64,000 nt of DNA from Zootoca vivipara (lineage: Eukaryota). Both the position numbers and the translations under genes were made by a program. Shown one piece after another: positions 61,834-64,000 of the stretch (the stretch's first letter is position 1; each line of letters begins with the position of its first letter). Location of the stretch: NCBI RefSeq assembly GCF_963506605.1, contig NC_083289.1:28086001-28150000 (forward strand), written 5' to 3'. The notes beneath the pieces are model-generated. The model made no database searches. It had not been told where the DNA came from and saw nothing but the letters and a program-made list of their open reading frames with translations.

Positions 61834-63029
61834 ATGCCGCGGCGGGCGACGGAGCGCCTTTCCTACCGCCCCGGTTCGCGGGGCGCCCGCCTCAGCCTCT
61901 TCCACGTGAAACTGACTGACTCGGCCCTCCAGGCCTTAGTCGCCTACCAGCGGTGTCAGGTAACGGGCTGGGCTGGAGGCAATTGCCGCACGGCCAGTCA
62001 CTTGGCGGGAGGGCTAGTCTCACTGTCCGCTTTTTTTCTGCAGGTGGCGGCGCCTCGACCCGTGATCGCCTTCCAGGGTAGCCAAGGGGTAAGGATATTT
62101 CCCAGCACCGTGCATTGGGCAGGGGTCCTGTCGTGGACCCTGCCGGCATCGCCGGGGCTGGGCAACGGAGCGGCGCCGTGGACGTTGCTATCGCCGCGGG
62201 CGCCGCCTGCTTGCTAATGAGCTCCCCGCGGCTTTCTGCAAGGCGGCTAACGAGCCTCGCGCGAGCGGCAGACCGAGCCTGGCTGCGGCGTCCTCCCCGC
62301 GGAGTGCTCTGCTGTCTTGGCGCTGGAATGGGGCATCCCGCCCCGTCAAAAGCAGCTTCTTTTTCGGGCTATGTTAGCTCTCCTTTCCCCTCGTCGATCT
62401 AGACGGGAAAACCCCTTTAGCAAAGGGAAGAGCGGAAAAGACGGAGCTGGCAGATGCCGCGCCTCCGCTGCTCTGTACGGGGAGCCCCGCGCTCTCTTCT
62501 TGCGCAGGGCCAAGGCTGACCCCTGGAAAAACACACAGCCCCACAGTGTCTTTCACTCACGCTGGGCCATGCCCCACTGGCACAGAAACAGACCCTAGCC
62601 ACATGTCTAGGGTCAGGTCCTGCTCCGGAGGCCAAGGGGCCAGACCAGATTCCCACTCTTCTCTTTCTATGCTGTCCAGTATCTGAAGGTGCCCTGCAGT
62701 GCCACTGCCGGCTGTCGTGACCCACGGACTTTCCGCTTCACCTTCTACCTCTCACGCTATACGAAGGAGCAGCCGCAGGCCAGCTTCGATTGCGTCCGCC
62801 AGGCCAGTACCAGGTGAGCTGGCCCAGCCCAAAAGCTGTTTCCCTGGGGTGGGAATGAGGGAGAGAGGCATCCCTGAACATTGCTCTTCTTTGCCCAGGT
62901 GGCTGGAGGGCAGAGGAGCTATCCAAGAGAAGATCACCATCTGTGCCATGGTTGTGGAGGCCTCCAAGTCCAGATGGGGGGTAGAGAGGCTGGCCTGCCG
63001 TAGGGCAGCAGCTGCATTCCCAAACCCAG
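61834..63029 (+). CDS. ELL3: RNA polymerase II elongation factor ELL3, exons 1-4; gene continues beyond the window
   Basis: Exons 61834-61959 (..LSLFHVKLTDSALQAL..), 62044-62088 (RPVIAFQGSQG), 62680-62813 (YLKVP..FTFYLS..SFDCVRQ), 62899-63029 (GAIQEKITICA) encode the ELL N-terminal domain. The ELL3 assignment rests on synteny with SERF2. Confidence 0.88.
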
Positions 63030-63447
63030 GTGAGGAGAGAGGGGCAAGGGGCAACAAGGGGTTCTTGGATAGGAGCTGAAGGGGGAATTGGCACAAATTG
63101 CCACCACCTCTCTTCCCTACCCACTTCCTGAAAGGAACAATTTGTGAGTGTTGCCATTCAAAGGTCTCTGGTTCTAACCTAGAATGTATATATTCTAAGA
63201 AGCAGTGGAACATGTTTTAAATTTAAAACCACATAGCAAACTGTTTTTACTAACATGTGATCATAATGGAAGTTTAGTTTGGTATCTTATCTAAAACCTT
63301 TGTGTCCTAGAGGGTGGCTGTATTAAATCTGTTTATATAAGCAGTTATTACTACTATAATAAACTGATATGGTAATTTCCCAGTAATGGAAAAGCCGTGG
63401 AAATATAGTGTGTGCTAAATAACTAGTATAAATCTAATGTTTTATTA

Positions 63448-63780
63448 CAGGCACGTCCAACAGGTAAATTGTGATCTACCAGTAGATCACTGGATGTCTG
63501 TGGTAGATCACTGCTAGATCACTGGCACCCCTAAAAAAAGCTCACCCAAAATTTTCCTCCCTAAAAAAGCTGAACTATGACCTGAAGCCCTAAACAAAAA
63601 TGGGCCTCCCTCCCTCCTAAAAGAAGCTCAACAAGTTTGACCTAAACCCCCCAAAACAGGGCTTCCTTTCCTTAAAAAAACTCAACAGCTTTGACCTGAA
63701 CCCCCCCAAAAGGGGGTAGATCACTCCCAGTTTTTAACTCTGTGAGTAGATCAGAGTCTCTTGGGAGTTGGCCACCCCTT
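63448..63780. mobile_element. Non-autonomous hAT-like element with internal tandem subrepeats
   Basis: caggcacgtccaac / gttggccacccct termini; repeated gtagatcac and aaaagctcaaca..tttgacct units; a decayed inverted relative lies at ~51231-51450. Confidence 0.65.
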
Positions 63781-64000
63781 TAATTTATTATATACACGGT
63801 GGATTTATGAAATCCTTCCATATGTGAACCATCTTGAGATTTTCAGATTAAGGGTGGTATACAAATTTAATAAGTGGATCTGAAGTGCAACATCCAAATT
63901 TCAGCTCAGTTGCCATATAGACAATCACTGTGGAGGAAGAATGGAAACTGTCTTCTGCAATTGGCATTGGGGAGGGGGCCGAGCTGCTGACAGCCAAGGC

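Noticed and set aside
61375-62217. 280-aa ORF as one protein
   Set aside because: It is a composite of MITE, promoter, ELL3 exons 1-2 and in-frame intron sequence.
63470-63760. Short spaced repeats (gtagatcac) resembling a CRISPR array
   Set aside because: Vertebrate DNA with irregular spacing; these are subterminal repeats of a hAT-like element.

Overview
Vertebrate genomic DNA, most likely a squamate (lacertid-like lizard), inferred from full-length Sauria SINEs, CR1/L2 LINEs and many young hAT MITEs. It is a scaffold with two N gaps (16362-16504, 54810-54949). Seven intron-containing genes were rebuilt by hand from splice sites: FURIN (-, 3' end beyond the window), MFAP1 (+, 9 exons, 440 aa, one GC-AG intron), HYPK (-, 125 aa), SERINC4 (+, 12 exons, ~512 aa), SERF2 (-, 62 aa), an intact FKBP8/FKBP38-like PPIase-TPR gene (-, at least 7 exons/370 aa) and ELL3 (+, first 4 exons). 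The MFAP1-HYPK-SERINC4-SERF2-ELL3 order and orientations match human 15q15.3, with two differences: the extra FKBP8 paralogue lies head-to-head with ELL3, and FURIN rather than WDR76 lies upstream of MFAP1. Other notable structure includes a near-perfect 414-bp tandem duplication in the FURIN CpG island, two hAT MITEs inserted at one target site, a solo LTR, an internally deleted hAT transposon in HYPK intron 1, and MITE insertions in the FKBP-like/ELL3 promoter. Most ORFs in the supplied track are spurious. Comparisons with human or fish genes are from memory, not database searches.
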